DNA from: Octopus vulgaris
Taxonomy: Eukaryota
Assembly: GCA_951406725.2 (NCBI GenBank)
Contig: OX597824.1
Coordinates: 43,648,001-43,712,000 of the forward strand
Length of the DNA stretch: 64,000 bases
Direction of reading: 5' to 3'
Part shown: piece after piece, positions 1-12,699 of the stretch
Numbering within the stretch: position 1 is the stretch's first letter
Layout: the number at the start of each line of letters is the position of its first letter
Notes under the pieces: generated by a model
The model's database searches: none
The model's input: only the letters and a program-made list of their open reading frames with translations
What the model was told of the DNA's origin: nothing
Translations under genes and position numbers: made by a program

Positions 1-309
1 CCTCGCCTAAGAGATCACAACATCGCTTCGCGAGAGAAATTCTGAGTAACGGTGTTTGGTGTGCGCTAAATGTTTCATACAAATGAATATACTCGATAAC
101 ATGTATTTTTCATTATTGTTAACCCCAACAAAGACCACACCAGCGCGTGTGTGCTCGTGTGTGTAGATTTGCGTGAATTTGTGCTTATGTATTAGTTTCT
201 AATGCACAAATCAACTTCAATCTCATATTAAACCCATCCCAATAATTAAACGGGTCTAGAAAACGAGAATAATGTAATCTAACACCGGTTAGATTACATT
301 ATTCTACAT

Positions 310-449
310 ATTAAAGCTTCAAAAATTATTACAGAACTGATATTCAGAGTTCCCGTTCGTCGGACAGTTGTAATTATAAGTTTATTACTCTACTTTTGGT
401 ATTCGGGTACTACTTTTTCCACCTTGTTTTGCATTTACGTGTTCACCTG
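310..449 (-). mobile_element. Degenerate copy of the small hammerhead-bearing Penelope-like (pLTR-derived) element
   Basis: Reverse complement matches 18065-18290 and 40374-40542 (aactgtccgacgaacgg...gaactctg and ttactctac...ttttccaccttgttt). Confidence 0.65.
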
Positions 450-507
450 TGCGTGTGTATAAATATATATATACATATATATATACATACATACATACAT
501 ACATACA

Positions 508-555
<48 letters not shown>

Positions 556-612
556 AATGTAGTACTTATTCTATGGTCCCCTTTTATCTAACAGCTAAGC
601 TATAGCACGCAT

Positions 613-643
<31 letters not shown>

Positions 644-654
644 TGCGTGGTTTG

Positions 655-850
655 CTTTTTCCGTACCTGTAACCACTCGCGTCTGACAACCGGTGTTAGT
701 TTGTTTACTTTCTCATAGCTGTTAGAGAAAAGGGGGCCATAGAATAAGTACTTGACTTCAAAAATAATTACTTGGGGCGACTTGTTTGAATAAACCTTCT
801 AGGGCGGTGTCCCAGCACGATCGCAGTCCAATGACTAAAAAAGTAAATGA
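655..850 (+). mobile_element. Diverged 3' half of tRNA-derived SINE family A
   Basis: atagaataagtact...ggcggtgtcccagcacgatcgcagtc matches the tail at 21395-21541. Confidence 0.6.
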
Positions 851-1148
851 TATGCGATATTCTCAGCTCTTCCGTTCAATTCCATTCCACATCTTGAAGA
901 TTTCATTTCCATTTCTTTTTGTTTCTATTTTCTTATACTGTCACCTATTCTTGAATAGTCGAAAATTACCTCATACCCTACTTGCATACCCCCATTACAG
1001 CCATCTCCAGTACTTGCGTACTTACCACACTTATGTACATACTACCACAATTACATGCATACTGTCACTATTACCGTTATTTTCACTGCTACTTTCCCAC
1101 CGTAAATACCACATTAACCATCATTATCATAATTTTTCCAGCTCTTAA

Positions 1149-1520
1149 CGCTTTGGGTTGAAATTCCACCGAAGTCGACAATGCCTTTCTTCTTTTCGAG
1201 GTCGATAAAACAAGTACCAGATGAACTGTGGGGTTGATGTAATCATTGAGGCAATTCCACCAAAATGTTAGGCATTGTGCCTATTGTAGAAAGGATTATT
1301 ATTGAAGGCATCGGGCTGGTAGAATCGTCAGTATATCAGAGAAAATATAGATTTCTTCCGGCTCTTTACGTTCTGAATTCAAATACCGACAAGGTCAACG
1401 AACTTTGACTTTTATTCTCTCGGAGTCGATAAAGTAAGGTAGCAGTGAAGTACTGGGGTTGATGTAATCGACTAACCCACTTCCTTCTAAAATTGTTGGC
1501 CGTGTGCCAATACTTGAAAC
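1149..1520 (+). mobile_element. Two tandem diverged copies of SINE family B (Nin/Deu-domain-like)
   Basis: Each has a B-box-like gttgaaattcc / ttcaaatacc followed by a ttcgaggtcgataaa..aagtacc-type core; same family as 3018-3436. Confidence 0.65.
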
Positions 1521-3017
1521 ACTTATTTTTTTAAAATTTAATTTTACCCCTGCAGGATTTAAACATAGAACCAAGAAGAAACTGAGTAAATAATCGGAAT
1601 TCATTTGCTATAAAGCCGAAAGAAAATGCACCCTAGAGGGAGCTTTTATCTGTTAATTACTTGGGTAAGCTCAGTCGATATTTTCAACTCACCAAATTTA
1701 CATATGTAAGTTCCTTTCCTACAGTATGCGTAATTCATTTAATATGACGTTCGATAATTCGGTCATCTATACTCCCACCTAATAAATCTAATAAATGATT
1801 TCTATACTTCGGCTCCATGCCAAAAACTTCGTCTCCTGTCTTGAGATGGGTAGGTGGCGTGAAATGACTGATTCGACCTAATCACTCCCAGCACTTGAGT
1901 GTTACTATTTCACCCCTACTCCACCTCTAGGGATATGAAAGGCAAACTCAAGTCATATGAACTATTGGATTTAAACTCAGAAGATAAATAGGCGTGATTA
2001 AATGTTGTCATCCAACTATCTGTTTTCTTTCTAATAAGTGTTTATTGGATTAATAAATAATTAAACATTAAAGGATGAGCTTCCCTCTCTTGTTCATGGA
2101 CAGTAAAACATCTGCGGGGAAACCAAGAGTTTCGGCCCTTGATAAGTCCTTTCAATGTTTTTGTTGCATAACTTCTTTCTCATTTAGGTCAACTCTGATT
2201 GAGCAGGCCTATGGCCACCAGTCTTTTGAGATGTATCTTAGATTACATTATTAAATATGTATATATATGTAGATATATATGTATATATACATGTAGATAT
2301 ATATGTATATATGTGTGTGTATATATATGTATGTATATATATATGCATGTATGTATATATATATATATATATATATATTTGTAGACATATATGCATATAT
2401 ATATGTATATATATATATGAATATGTATGTATATGTATATTTGTGTGTGTGTGTATTTAACTGAATATCTGTTCGTTTCACAATATTTCTATAGTATGTT
2501 AGTACGTTTAAGTTACCGTCAATTAAACAGTTCATCTATCTATTTATCCATCAGTACATCAATATCTTTATGCAGAAATATTTAATATACTATCAAAGAA
2601 GCTAGTTATGTATTTACCTAATTTACATGCATATGTAAAAACATACACACAAATACATATACAGGTGAGTGTGTGAGTGTGTGTACATTAATCAAATTTT
2701 TTTACTGGACAATAATAAATGCTATACAGTATTATGTGTATCTATGCATGTATGTGTGTATACACACACATACGCATACACACACACATACACATGCACA
2801 CATATACAAAGCTGACAGTGACTTTGAAGTTTCGTTTTGCTAGCTAACAGACTGATGATGGTTAGTAAGCTGAAACTTCGAAGTCACTGGCAAATATTTC
2901 CTTGTAAAAATTGATAAATTTGGAGCTCTAGTAAAAAGTATTGAGTGATTCTTCGGTTTAATATTCAGCTGTTTTGATATTACACAAAATAAACGTGCGC
3001 ATACATGGGAGTATATA

Positions 3018-3202
3018 TTGTTTTCTACTCTAGGCACAAGGCCCAAAATTTTGGGGGAGGAGAGGCCAGTCGATTAGGTCTGGTACTTAACTTATCGACC
3101 CCGAAAGGATGAACGGCAAAGTCGATCTCGGCGGAATTTGAACTCAGTATATAAAGAAAGACGAAATATCGCTAAGCATTTCGCCCGGAGTGATAACGTT
3201 TC
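3018..3202 (-). mobile_element. SINE family B copy (host of the adjacent copy), tail type gggccttgtgcctagagtagaaa
   Basis: Minus strand reads gagttcaaattccgccgagatcgactttgccgttcatcctttcggggtcgataagttaagtacc. Confidence 0.8.
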
Positions 3203-3436
3203 TTATTTCTTTATTGCCCACAAGGGGCTACACACAGAGGGGACAAACAAGGACAGACAAAAGGATTAAGTCGATTATATCGACCCCAGTACGTAACTGG
3301 TACTTATTTAATCGACCCTGAAAGGATGTAAAGCAAAGTCGACCTCGGCGGAATTTGAACTCAGGACGTAGCGGCAGACAAAATACTGCTAGGCATTTCG
3401 CTCGGCGTGCTAACGTTTCTGTCAGCTCGCCGCCTT
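3203..3436 (-). mobile_element. Full-length SINE family B copy with LINE-like tail
   Basis: Head aaggcggcgagctgacagaaacgttagcacgcc, B box gagttcaaattcc, Nin-like core catcctttcagggtcgattaaataagtacc, tail tagccccttgtgggcaataaagaaataag. Confidence 0.85.
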
Positions 3437-3725
3437 GAGTTGCCTATGTATGAAGATAAAACGGTAATTTTTACATGTGTGTGAGGATTGGGCGTGTGTG
3501 CGTGTTTGTGCGTGCGTGCCTGCGCGCCCGCGTGTGTGTGTATGTATTCCAAGTACTAGATATCGACAGGTGTGTATAATATCTTTTATTGTTGAAATGC
3601 CAGAAGATAACCTGCTTTGAACCTCATATTTTTATGTTCAAATCAATGATGTATTAGTGGTGGAGCAAGAGCAAGAGGGGGGAGGGCATAGTTCCCAATT
3701 TAGACAGAGACAGATCGGTAAATTA

Positions 3726-3856
3726 TTTTTTTCAGTTTCAGTCATGGGACTGCGGCCATGCTGATGCACAGACTTGAAGGGATCGAACAAATCGAGCCGA
3801 GTGCTTATATTTTGAAGGCTGGTACTTATTCTATCGGTCTCTTCTGCTTAACCGCA
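3726..3856 (-). mobile_element. SINE family A 3' fragment
   Basis: gactgcggccatgctg...ggtacttattctatcggtctc as in 21547-21949. Confidence 0.7.
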
Positions 3857-3949
3857 TTTTTTTCTTTCTTATGAGGACTACATTATTCAATGTGTCCTTC
3901 CTTTGTAAAAGAGTAACGTGTGATTTGAAGGGGGTATCGTTGTGAATAT

Positions 3950-3998
<49 letters not shown>

Positions 3999-4115
3999 CA
4001 GCAGCAGCTATGGTTGTGGTGGCGTTTTTTGATCGGATATCTTTTGCTATACAATATATCTAGAACTATACTATCCTGTGTGTCCTTACAATTTAGAACA
4101 CTTGATATCGATGTA

Positions 4116-4169
<54 letters not shown>

Positions 4170-4525
4170 CGTGTGTGTGTGAGAGAGAGAAAGAGTATGC
4201 ATACATGTATGCAAGCAGGTGGGTGGTAAATAAATGGACGGGTTATTTAGAGTACATTGATAGATAGGTAAGATAGCTATAGTAGTAAGTACGATAGTAG
4301 AATAGACAAGCGCTTATGCAGGTTGTAAGATAGGTAAGTTGGTATTTTATAACAAGATAGACAGCAAGACAGACTGATAGCAAAACAACTAAATAATAGG
4401 TGGGTAGGTAAGCTGACAATTAGGTTAAGCAGATTGGTAGTTACATAGGAACGTTGCTAATCATGGAGAAACCTATGCAGCTAGAGATAAAGTATCAATA
4501 AGCTAGCTACTTACAAAAGCAGGCA

Positions 4526-4985
<460 letters not shown>

Positions 4986-5224
4986 GACGGTTATTTGATA
5001 AGTAGGCAATTTGGTGGACATATGCATGTACCGAGAGGTAAATGGATTGACATATGTATGTACAAGGAGGTAAGTTGGTAGGGAAATAGGTCAGTACATA
5101 AGTAGATAGATGTATTAGTAGATATGAGGAAAGATTAGATGGTTATGTATAATGCTAGGAAGATAGGTAAGCAAGTAGGTACGTAGTAAGCTAGGTAGAT
5201 AGGCAAATCGATGAAATTTACCAA

Positions 5225-5345
5225 AATGCAGTTTGTGTGCAGTGTAGTTGCGAAGCTGGCAGCCAATGTGCAAGCTTTATTGATTACACTGCGACAGTCT
5301 GGCTAGAGAACAGAACACGTCATCGATAGAGATGGCGCTGCTGTA
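5225..5345. promoter_or_regulatory. Possible promoter/enhancer island
   Basis: Unique CpG-containing stretch between microsatellites, with agccaatg (CCAAT box), acgtca (CRE-like) and agatggcgctg (YY1/CTCF-like). Confidence 0.3.
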
Positions 5346-5349
5346 TACA

Positions 5350-5396
<47 letters not shown>

Positions 5397-6072
5397 TCTC
5401 TCACACACACACACATACACACACACACACACAGATGTATACAGCTTTATACACTCATTGATAATGATTTGATTACTGCTTAGCAATAACAGATACACTT
5501 CTAGTCTTAGCATATTTATATATGTATACATATGTATGTGTCTACGTGTGTGCGCGCGTGTATGGTCCTGTGTTCGAATATATGTGTATGAGCTTGTGTT
5601 CGTGCGCACTATTACACCAACTTCTCTCTCTAGCTCGCTCTCTCATACACACACACCCACACATTCTCACACAAAACCATGTTATTGTTAATGATGGTAG
5701 GTTGCTCAACAATGTCGATCGTTGTGGCGGTGTGTGTGTGTGTGTGCGTGTGGCTACATCGTTGGCTTTCACACTCCTATTGATGACAATTTCGATCTAA
5801 TAGCTATCTATATGTGTATGTTTGTAATTGGATGTATTTTGTGTGTGCTTGAGTGGGAAAGAGAGAGAGTGAGAGAGTGAGAGAGAAAGAGGTGCGTTTT
5901 ATAAACAGGAAATAAAGAATTCAATAAAAGAAAATACACAAAGTATTAATAAACCATTATTAGCTGTGATTATTTGGCCCAATATGCTAGGCCTTAGAGT
6001 AGTGACTCCTGTAATATTCTCAGCTCAGCTATAGAGTGATGGATAGACAGATAGATAGGTGGAGAGAGGGGG

Positions 6073-6073
<1 letters not shown>

Positions 6074-6139
<66 letters not shown>

Positions 6140-6354
6140 AAAAGAAAGATGCTCACACACACACACACACACACACGTGTCTGCGCGTCTGTGTGTATGT
6201 ATGAGTAAGTGTTGTCATCACAGTATCATCATCATTACTAATACTGTTTGGTGTTCAGCAGCAATAGCAGGTCCCGATTCTGGCTCAATTCATGTCTATG
6301 TGCGTATCTATATATGTGTGCTTGTTCATTAGTTTGTGTTTGGGTCCTGGTTGA

Positions 6355-6432
<78 letters not shown>
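6074..6432. repeat. (GAAA)n, (CA)n and (TG)n microsatellites
   Basis: Direct reading. Confidence 0.9.
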
Positions 6433-6436
<4 letters not shown>

Positions 6437-6582
6437 TAAGGATGTATGTGTGTATGTACACACACGAACATATACAATTCATATATACCGATCGATCCTT
6501 GAAGGCTGAGAAAATACTAGTCGTGTAGTAAAATCAGTTCAATTAAATAATAACACACTAATAATGGTAGCAATCATCATCG

Positions 6583-6614
<32 letters not shown>

Positions 6615-7045
6615 GCTATTATTCAATGAAAGAGCAGTGCATGCCATCAAAGTGACACTAGAGTAAAATATACGAAGCCCAGTACCTATCATGACTACAC
6701 GTCTGATATGAGTACACCAGGCACATGCATCACAACCATGATCTCATATCAAAATAAACACCGCATGACCTTGCAGGTGGGGCCCAGTTAGAATTTTCTT
6801 CAAGTCGAGTAGTTCATCCCACTCAACAGTCCCTGAATAAGGTTTGTTTAAGGATGTTGAATGAAACATTCATGTTTGTAGACGTAAAAAATTCAAACCC
6901 AAAAGAATTCCTCTCAACTCATAGCTATGATACTCTCCCATTACTTCTGCTCGTGATCAGAGATGCACATATCGTCAACTGCTAAGGGACATGCTCAACT
7001 GGTTAAGTCAAATAACTGACAAGCAAAATATTTGCCGTATCATTA

Positions 7046-7200
7046 TTACCTCCTCCTTTAGCGAAGGCAGAGGTATTGTTTTCAGTCATGTTTGTTTGTT
7101 TGTCCGTGGACAAGATATCTCAACCGCTGGATAGATTCGGATGAAACTTTCAGGGATGTTTGACCTCGTGACTGGCACGAACTGATTAGATTTTGGGATC
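7046..7200 (+). mobile_element. 5' part of a Helentron-associated non-autonomous element (HINE/DINE-like)
   Basis: ttacctcc...gaggtattgttttc start, (gttt)n, aagatatctca, gatgaaacttt; overlaps the 3' piece at 32548 by aactgattagattttggga. Confidence 0.6.
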
Positions 7201-7418
7201 TGTTTTTTTATTACCCATGCGGGTTAACACATAGGTGACAAAACAAAACATGTAAGACATAAAACATATATAAAAAATAGAAATGAATATTATAATGTAT
7301 GAAGACATGAATATGAAAAATGGATTGGAACCACTCGCCCCACTTACGAGTTGCTTCATTTTCTACTTTTTAAATTCTAAACCTTCCAACACATCGATGC
7401 TTGTTTCCTCTAACCTCT

Positions 7419-7561
7419 AAGAGTATATGGTTGGATTTTATTTTTGGGAAGTGGACTGCAGCTGGAGCTCATTCCCAGACTTTACTACGTACTAGTAAAG
7501 TCTGGGAATGAGCTCCAGCTGCAGTCCACTTCCCAAAAATAAAATCCAACCATATACTCTT
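7419..7561. repeat. Palindrome with perfect 69-bp arms and a 5-nt spacer
   Basis: 7419-7487 is the exact reverse complement of 7493-7561; spacer cgtac. Confidence 0.97.
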
Positions 7562-8791
7562 GTATTTTTTCCTCCAGCTTCTTATCGGGTATTACACACA
7601 AGTGATGTTCCTCCACGTTATCATACCCCGCAGTTCCAATACACTTTATGTCCCATTCCGCCAAATCCCTTAACAGTTCGTCGCTAAGCAACATATAAAT
7701 CCTACACTTTTTCCTTCTCTTTTTTAACTTGGAGGAGGGGTTTTGGGTTTCTTTGTATGTGTTTGCCTCTTGTTTTTGTGTCAGACGGGAATGGATAAGC
7801 CTAGTGTCTGCAGGGAGTGGGTGGGTCTGAAAGGGTGTGGGTGGGATGGGTGTGGAACGGGGTTTACAGTTTAGTTCACTTGCCTTTTCTCGTTTTCTTC
7901 CTGTCGTTTTTTCCCATTTATTTTTTCTATTTCCACTACTTCCTTTTCTTTTTCGGTTACTTCCTTTCTGCGGCTCTCTTCTATCTTTTCTTCTGTATTT
8001 TCTGGTCGCTTTTCCTCTGTTTTTTTTTTTTTGGGGGGGGGCTTTGATGTACATTCTGCTCTTATGTGTCCCTTCAGACCACATTTAAAGCAGCATGGAA
8101 CCCTTCCTTCCACCCTGACAGTTATAATTGTTTCTTCCATAATTATTGTTTCCGTAATCTTTTCCATCGTTTCTTTTGAACCCTGGACTATCATCTCCAG
8201 TGATTGATCTCTCCAGTTGATGCACTCTTTTTTCTTGGCCTGGAGCACCACTATGTTGTCCTCATTACCAAAGAGGACCGCATCTGCCACCCAGGTCACA
8301 TCAATCTCCGGTGGGATTCCTTCAACTGTGACTCTTGTTGCTCCCATGCCTCTATACGTGGGCAAAAGCACCACTTCTTTGCTCCGAATTGTCGACGCTG
8401 CATGTTTCCTTGCTGCTGTTGCTGCTGCTGCATTACGAAACCATACAGTTCCAAATGTTGAGCCTCTAGTCAGGTATATTACGTCTTCCCAAATCTGCTT
8501 TAACGCCTTTTCTATTTGTTCTGTCATGATGATGTCTATTCTTCCTTTATTAATTGAAAAGGTTCGATAGATTATCGTCTTTTCCCTTATTCCGTTTTTA
8601 ACCTCTTGCGGGGGCGACATCTTCACTTCGAACCCATCTCGGTTCATTTCTTCTTTGTGTCTTCCGAATTCCCTGATATCCACTTCTTTTTCCTTGCACC
8701 TTGCTGCATCAACAAAATTCCTCTTCTCTTTTATCAGTTTCTGGTCCATTATCTTATCTGCCTCCAACAACTACTCCTCGGACGATGACAT
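7485..8791 (-). pseudogene. Disrupted L1/Tx1-type ORF1 (gag-like) with CCHC zinc knuckle
   Basis: ATG at 8791 (MSSSEE) then an in-frame TAG at 8773-8771; ORF 7871..8770 contains CFKCGLKGHIRAEC (CX2CX4HX4C) after an RRM-like region (RVTVEGIPPE); probable C-terminus in frame 7485..8084. Confidence 0.75.
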
Positions 8792-8818
8792 GTCTGAGTA
8801 ACTATAACTGTTTTCAGT

Positions 8819-8893
8819 ATAGTAGAAGACACTTGCCCAAGGTGTCACGCAGTGGGACTGAACCCGGAAGCTACTTACCACACAGCCACTCCT
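8819..8893 (-). mobile_element. tRNA-derived head of SINE family A, abutting the 5' end of the ORF1 element
   Basis: Minus strand aggagtggctgtgtggtaagtagcttccgggttcagtcccactgcgtgacaccttgggcaagtgtcttctactata. Confidence 0.8.
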
Positions 8894-8949
8894 ACATAAA
8901 TATATAAATATATATAAATATATACATATATTCACATATATATAAATAC

Positions 8950-9880
8950 ATACAATTTTACACATGCCTTACTTAGGGTCCGGGGAGTGTCATCGGCAAA
9001 AAAAAATTTTAACTTTTTGCCTCGGGCGAGCCCACAGCAATATCATATTGTCACCACTACGATTCCCTAAAACTTGAGAACTACACAACCAATTTCATTC
9101 AAATTTTACACATGCCTTACTTAGGGTCCATGTAGTTTTATGGGCAGAAAAAATGTTCAACTTCTTGCCTAGAGCGAGCCCATAGCAATATCATATCTTC
9201 TCCACTATTTCAGTATTACGTGTTAAAAGTGAAACAAAAACATTTCTCTATTTTAAATTAGATACTTTCACTTTAACAATAAGAATAATAATAACAATTG
9301 AATTATATGTAGTAAGTAATAATTAAAATCAAACTAAAGTATAATATAATCGTAACATGACAAAAGTAAAAATAGCAATTGGTATAAAATTGCATCAATG
9401 ACTTGAACTTGAATAAGTGGTTTCACATGAATGGGAATAAATTAAAAATAAAATTAGCGTGCAGAAATGGAATAGTCCAGATGGATAATAAAAAAAAATA
9501 AATTAAAGAAAAGACTATTGTCTATAAAGTATACAATGTAGAGAAAAAAGCAGATTTGAACACATGGAGGAAAGCACCTTCGAAAAGTGTCTTGATGCGA
9601 CTATGAAAGATATCTAATCGGAGGCGGTAAATTCGCCACAATAGAAGCAAGGTTCGAGTCAACGGAGCGTGCAAGGGAGTACTCGACTCGAACTTGCAAA
9701 GTGGAAATATTTTATTTTTACCTTTATATCTGGAACGTAGGACGTCCGGGAAAAAAATTTAAAATGCCCACCACCCCCCAGAAGTAGAGGTAGGCTGGAT
9801 TGTAGCCACACTTCTATACAAGAGGGAGGACAAGATACAATTGATCGAAATTACAAGAGACGGGCTAACAATTCCAGTCT
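8950..9880. mobile_element. Probable non-autonomous Helitron-like element with a ~150-bp internal tandem repeat
   Basis: aattttacacatgccttacttagggtcc...gcgagccc..agcaatatcatat occurs at ~8954 and ~9102; classification tentative. Confidence 0.4.
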
Positions 9881-9957
9881 GTTATATATTTTGAGTATTG
9901 TTATCACTAGCTATATCAAGATATAACTTTGTATTTTGTATTCTATGTGTGTGTATA

Positions 9958-10011
<54 letters not shown>

Positions 10012-10077
10012 TGTAATATGTACACATATATACATGCACTAGCACTATGACCCGGTAACGACGGGTCTTTAATGCTA

Positions 10078-10114
<37 letters not shown>

Positions 10115-10261
10115 CATACATAAATACATACATACATAAGTATACATATACATAAATATATACATATATACATATGTATATATACTTATATATATGCATA
10201 CATACATATATAGACATATATATATATAAATATACATATATATTCACACACATACACACAC

Positions 10262-10306
<45 letters not shown>

Positions 10307-10348
10307 GCATATATACATATATATACATTATATATATATATATGCATA

Positions 10349-10386
<38 letters not shown>

Positions 10387-10476
10387 TATATACATATACA
10401 TGTATATACACACACAGAGTCATATATATACACACACACATATATATACATATTTATACATATATATATATACATA

Positions 10477-11310
10477 TGGAGTGTACAGCAAAATATTCAA
10501 CCATCACACTTTAAAACTATCCTATGCAAATACATCAAACTTAGAGGACCATATTCATAAGATTAACAACCGTAAACTGAGGCGAAGATTAGTCAGCACT
10601 CAAAATAACCTTCTTGACATCAACCATAACTCATATGATCAACCTAAAAACAACGTTTATAACTCAAATTATACTACCAACCAACAGAGCAATAATTACA
10701 ATATCCATGATAACCATCCAAAAACCAACACCAGTAATAATTCAAATCATAAACTAAGAACACCTAGTGATAATAAAACGATAATATTGACAAGCAAAAT
10801 ACCGAACAGAACCAATACCTCCAGCTCTCGATGTACACAAGCCAACAAAATCAAACAGTTATACTCATGCAGAGATTGATCCAGTTGCCCTTTGGATAAC
10901 CAATGTATGACTAAGAATGTGGTATACAAGTGCACTATAAACACTAGTGGAGGCCCCTACGTATATATATCGCCATTAGCTGATATTTTTCAAAAATGAT
11001 ACCGCAACCACATCGCCGGCCGATTTTATCTGCAGGCTTAAGAAAGCAAAGACAAAATACGACCTTACAAGGTCCATACTTTGACACGCGAGTCCCTACA
11101 ACACTATATACCGCAAATGCCAATTATGCTCCGAGGAGAAATTCACTGAACAATTACCCAGATGCGTACACGCAGCTAAACACACATTCACATATTACAA
11201 TCCAGACCATATATAACTTGATATATACATGGCACCCACAACTCTTAATACACATGAACTTAAGGAATTATAATTGAATAACTTGTATTTGACATATGAT
11301 CTAGCAATCT
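10477..11310 (+). mobile_element. Penelope-like element 3' relic (RT thumb/linker and start of GIY-YIG)
   Basis: [20 protein letters not shown]...CRD*SSCPLDNQCMTKNVVYKC. Confidence 0.7.
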
Positions 11311-11491
11311 AGATTCATATATGTAAATATGTGTGTGTGTGTGTGTGTGTGCATGTATGTATGTATGTATGTATATGCATATATAATATATGTATGTGTG
11401 TGTATATTTCTGTATGTGCATATATGTGTACGTGAGTGTGTGTATATATGTATATGTGTGTGTATGTATGTGCGTGTGTGTATATGTGCAT

Positions 11492-11579
<88 letters not shown>

Positions 11580-11580
11580 G
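11492..11580. repeat. (GATA)n microsatellite
   Basis: Direct reading. Confidence 0.95.
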
Positions 11581-12523
11581 TAGAGATATATACATCTACA
11601 TATTCATCTGTGCGCATTTGCGTTTTTCGTAGGTGTATGTACATATTAGTGTGAATTTGTGTATACGTGAGTGTATTAACACGTGTGTGTATCAAACTGT
11701 GCATAGTTGTCTGCATCTTGTTTTACGTACAAATATATGCACATATTTACTATGCTGTGTACGTATATTTATGTATATATACGCGTGTGTACCTGCATAC
11801 AAGTTTCTATACATATATATGTATGTATTCGTTCATGCGTGTGAGTATGCGCGTGTATCTAGTTGTATGTATATACCCATATACTTGGATGTGTGTGTGT
11901 GAGCGCGTATATGTGCGTGTATATATGTATCTGTGTATGTATATGTGCATCTAAGCACGAACACAAAAAAATTCCGTCCAAGTATTATCTTCCTTTCAAC
12001 TTCTACATCCTTTTCTTTCTCTTAACAGTTACAACAGTGAAGGTTCATTGCGTCAATTTCTCTAAAGTAGAATGTATAATTTTCACGTTCATATTTGAAT
12101 TTTTTGCGTTTCAACTTTTTCTGTTTTTTACACATTCTCGAAGTTGGTGGACATATAGTGGTAAATAGAAACCGAATCAGAAAATCTCTAGTACGATTTT
12201 TGTTAATGGTGTACCCGAAGAGACCCAGAACGGAACGAAACGTATGTCGTACCTAATAAAACATTTTACTCATTCCATCTATTTTATTAATATTGTTACC
12301 CCCACCGCCACTACGAAGTTCGTGCAATAAATCTACGGATAACAACAGGTTATCGATGCTGTGCCGGTGCTTTGGTCATCATCTATACATTTTGTATAAT
12401 GTCTCCATTATGTACATATATATAAATACATATTTACCTATGATTTGTACGTATATTTATTTATATATATACACATGTGTATCTGCATACATAAGTTCCT
12501 ATACATATATATGTATGTATTCG

Positions 12524-12561
<38 letters not shown>

Positions 12562-12657
12562 CATATATATACATATATATACACAAACACACACACATAC
12601 ATACATACATACATACATACATACATACATACATACATACATACATACATACATACA

Positions 12658-12689
<32 letters not shown>

Positions 12690-12699
12690 AGACCACACA

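Larger units (their letters stand above)
7203..8815 (-). mobile_element. ORF1-only (HAL1-like) non-LTR retroelement
   Basis: gag/ORF1-like reading frame, then a 3' UTR ending in aataaa plus poly(A) at ~7203-7212; no endonuclease or RT sequence between ORF and tail. Confidence 0.65.
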
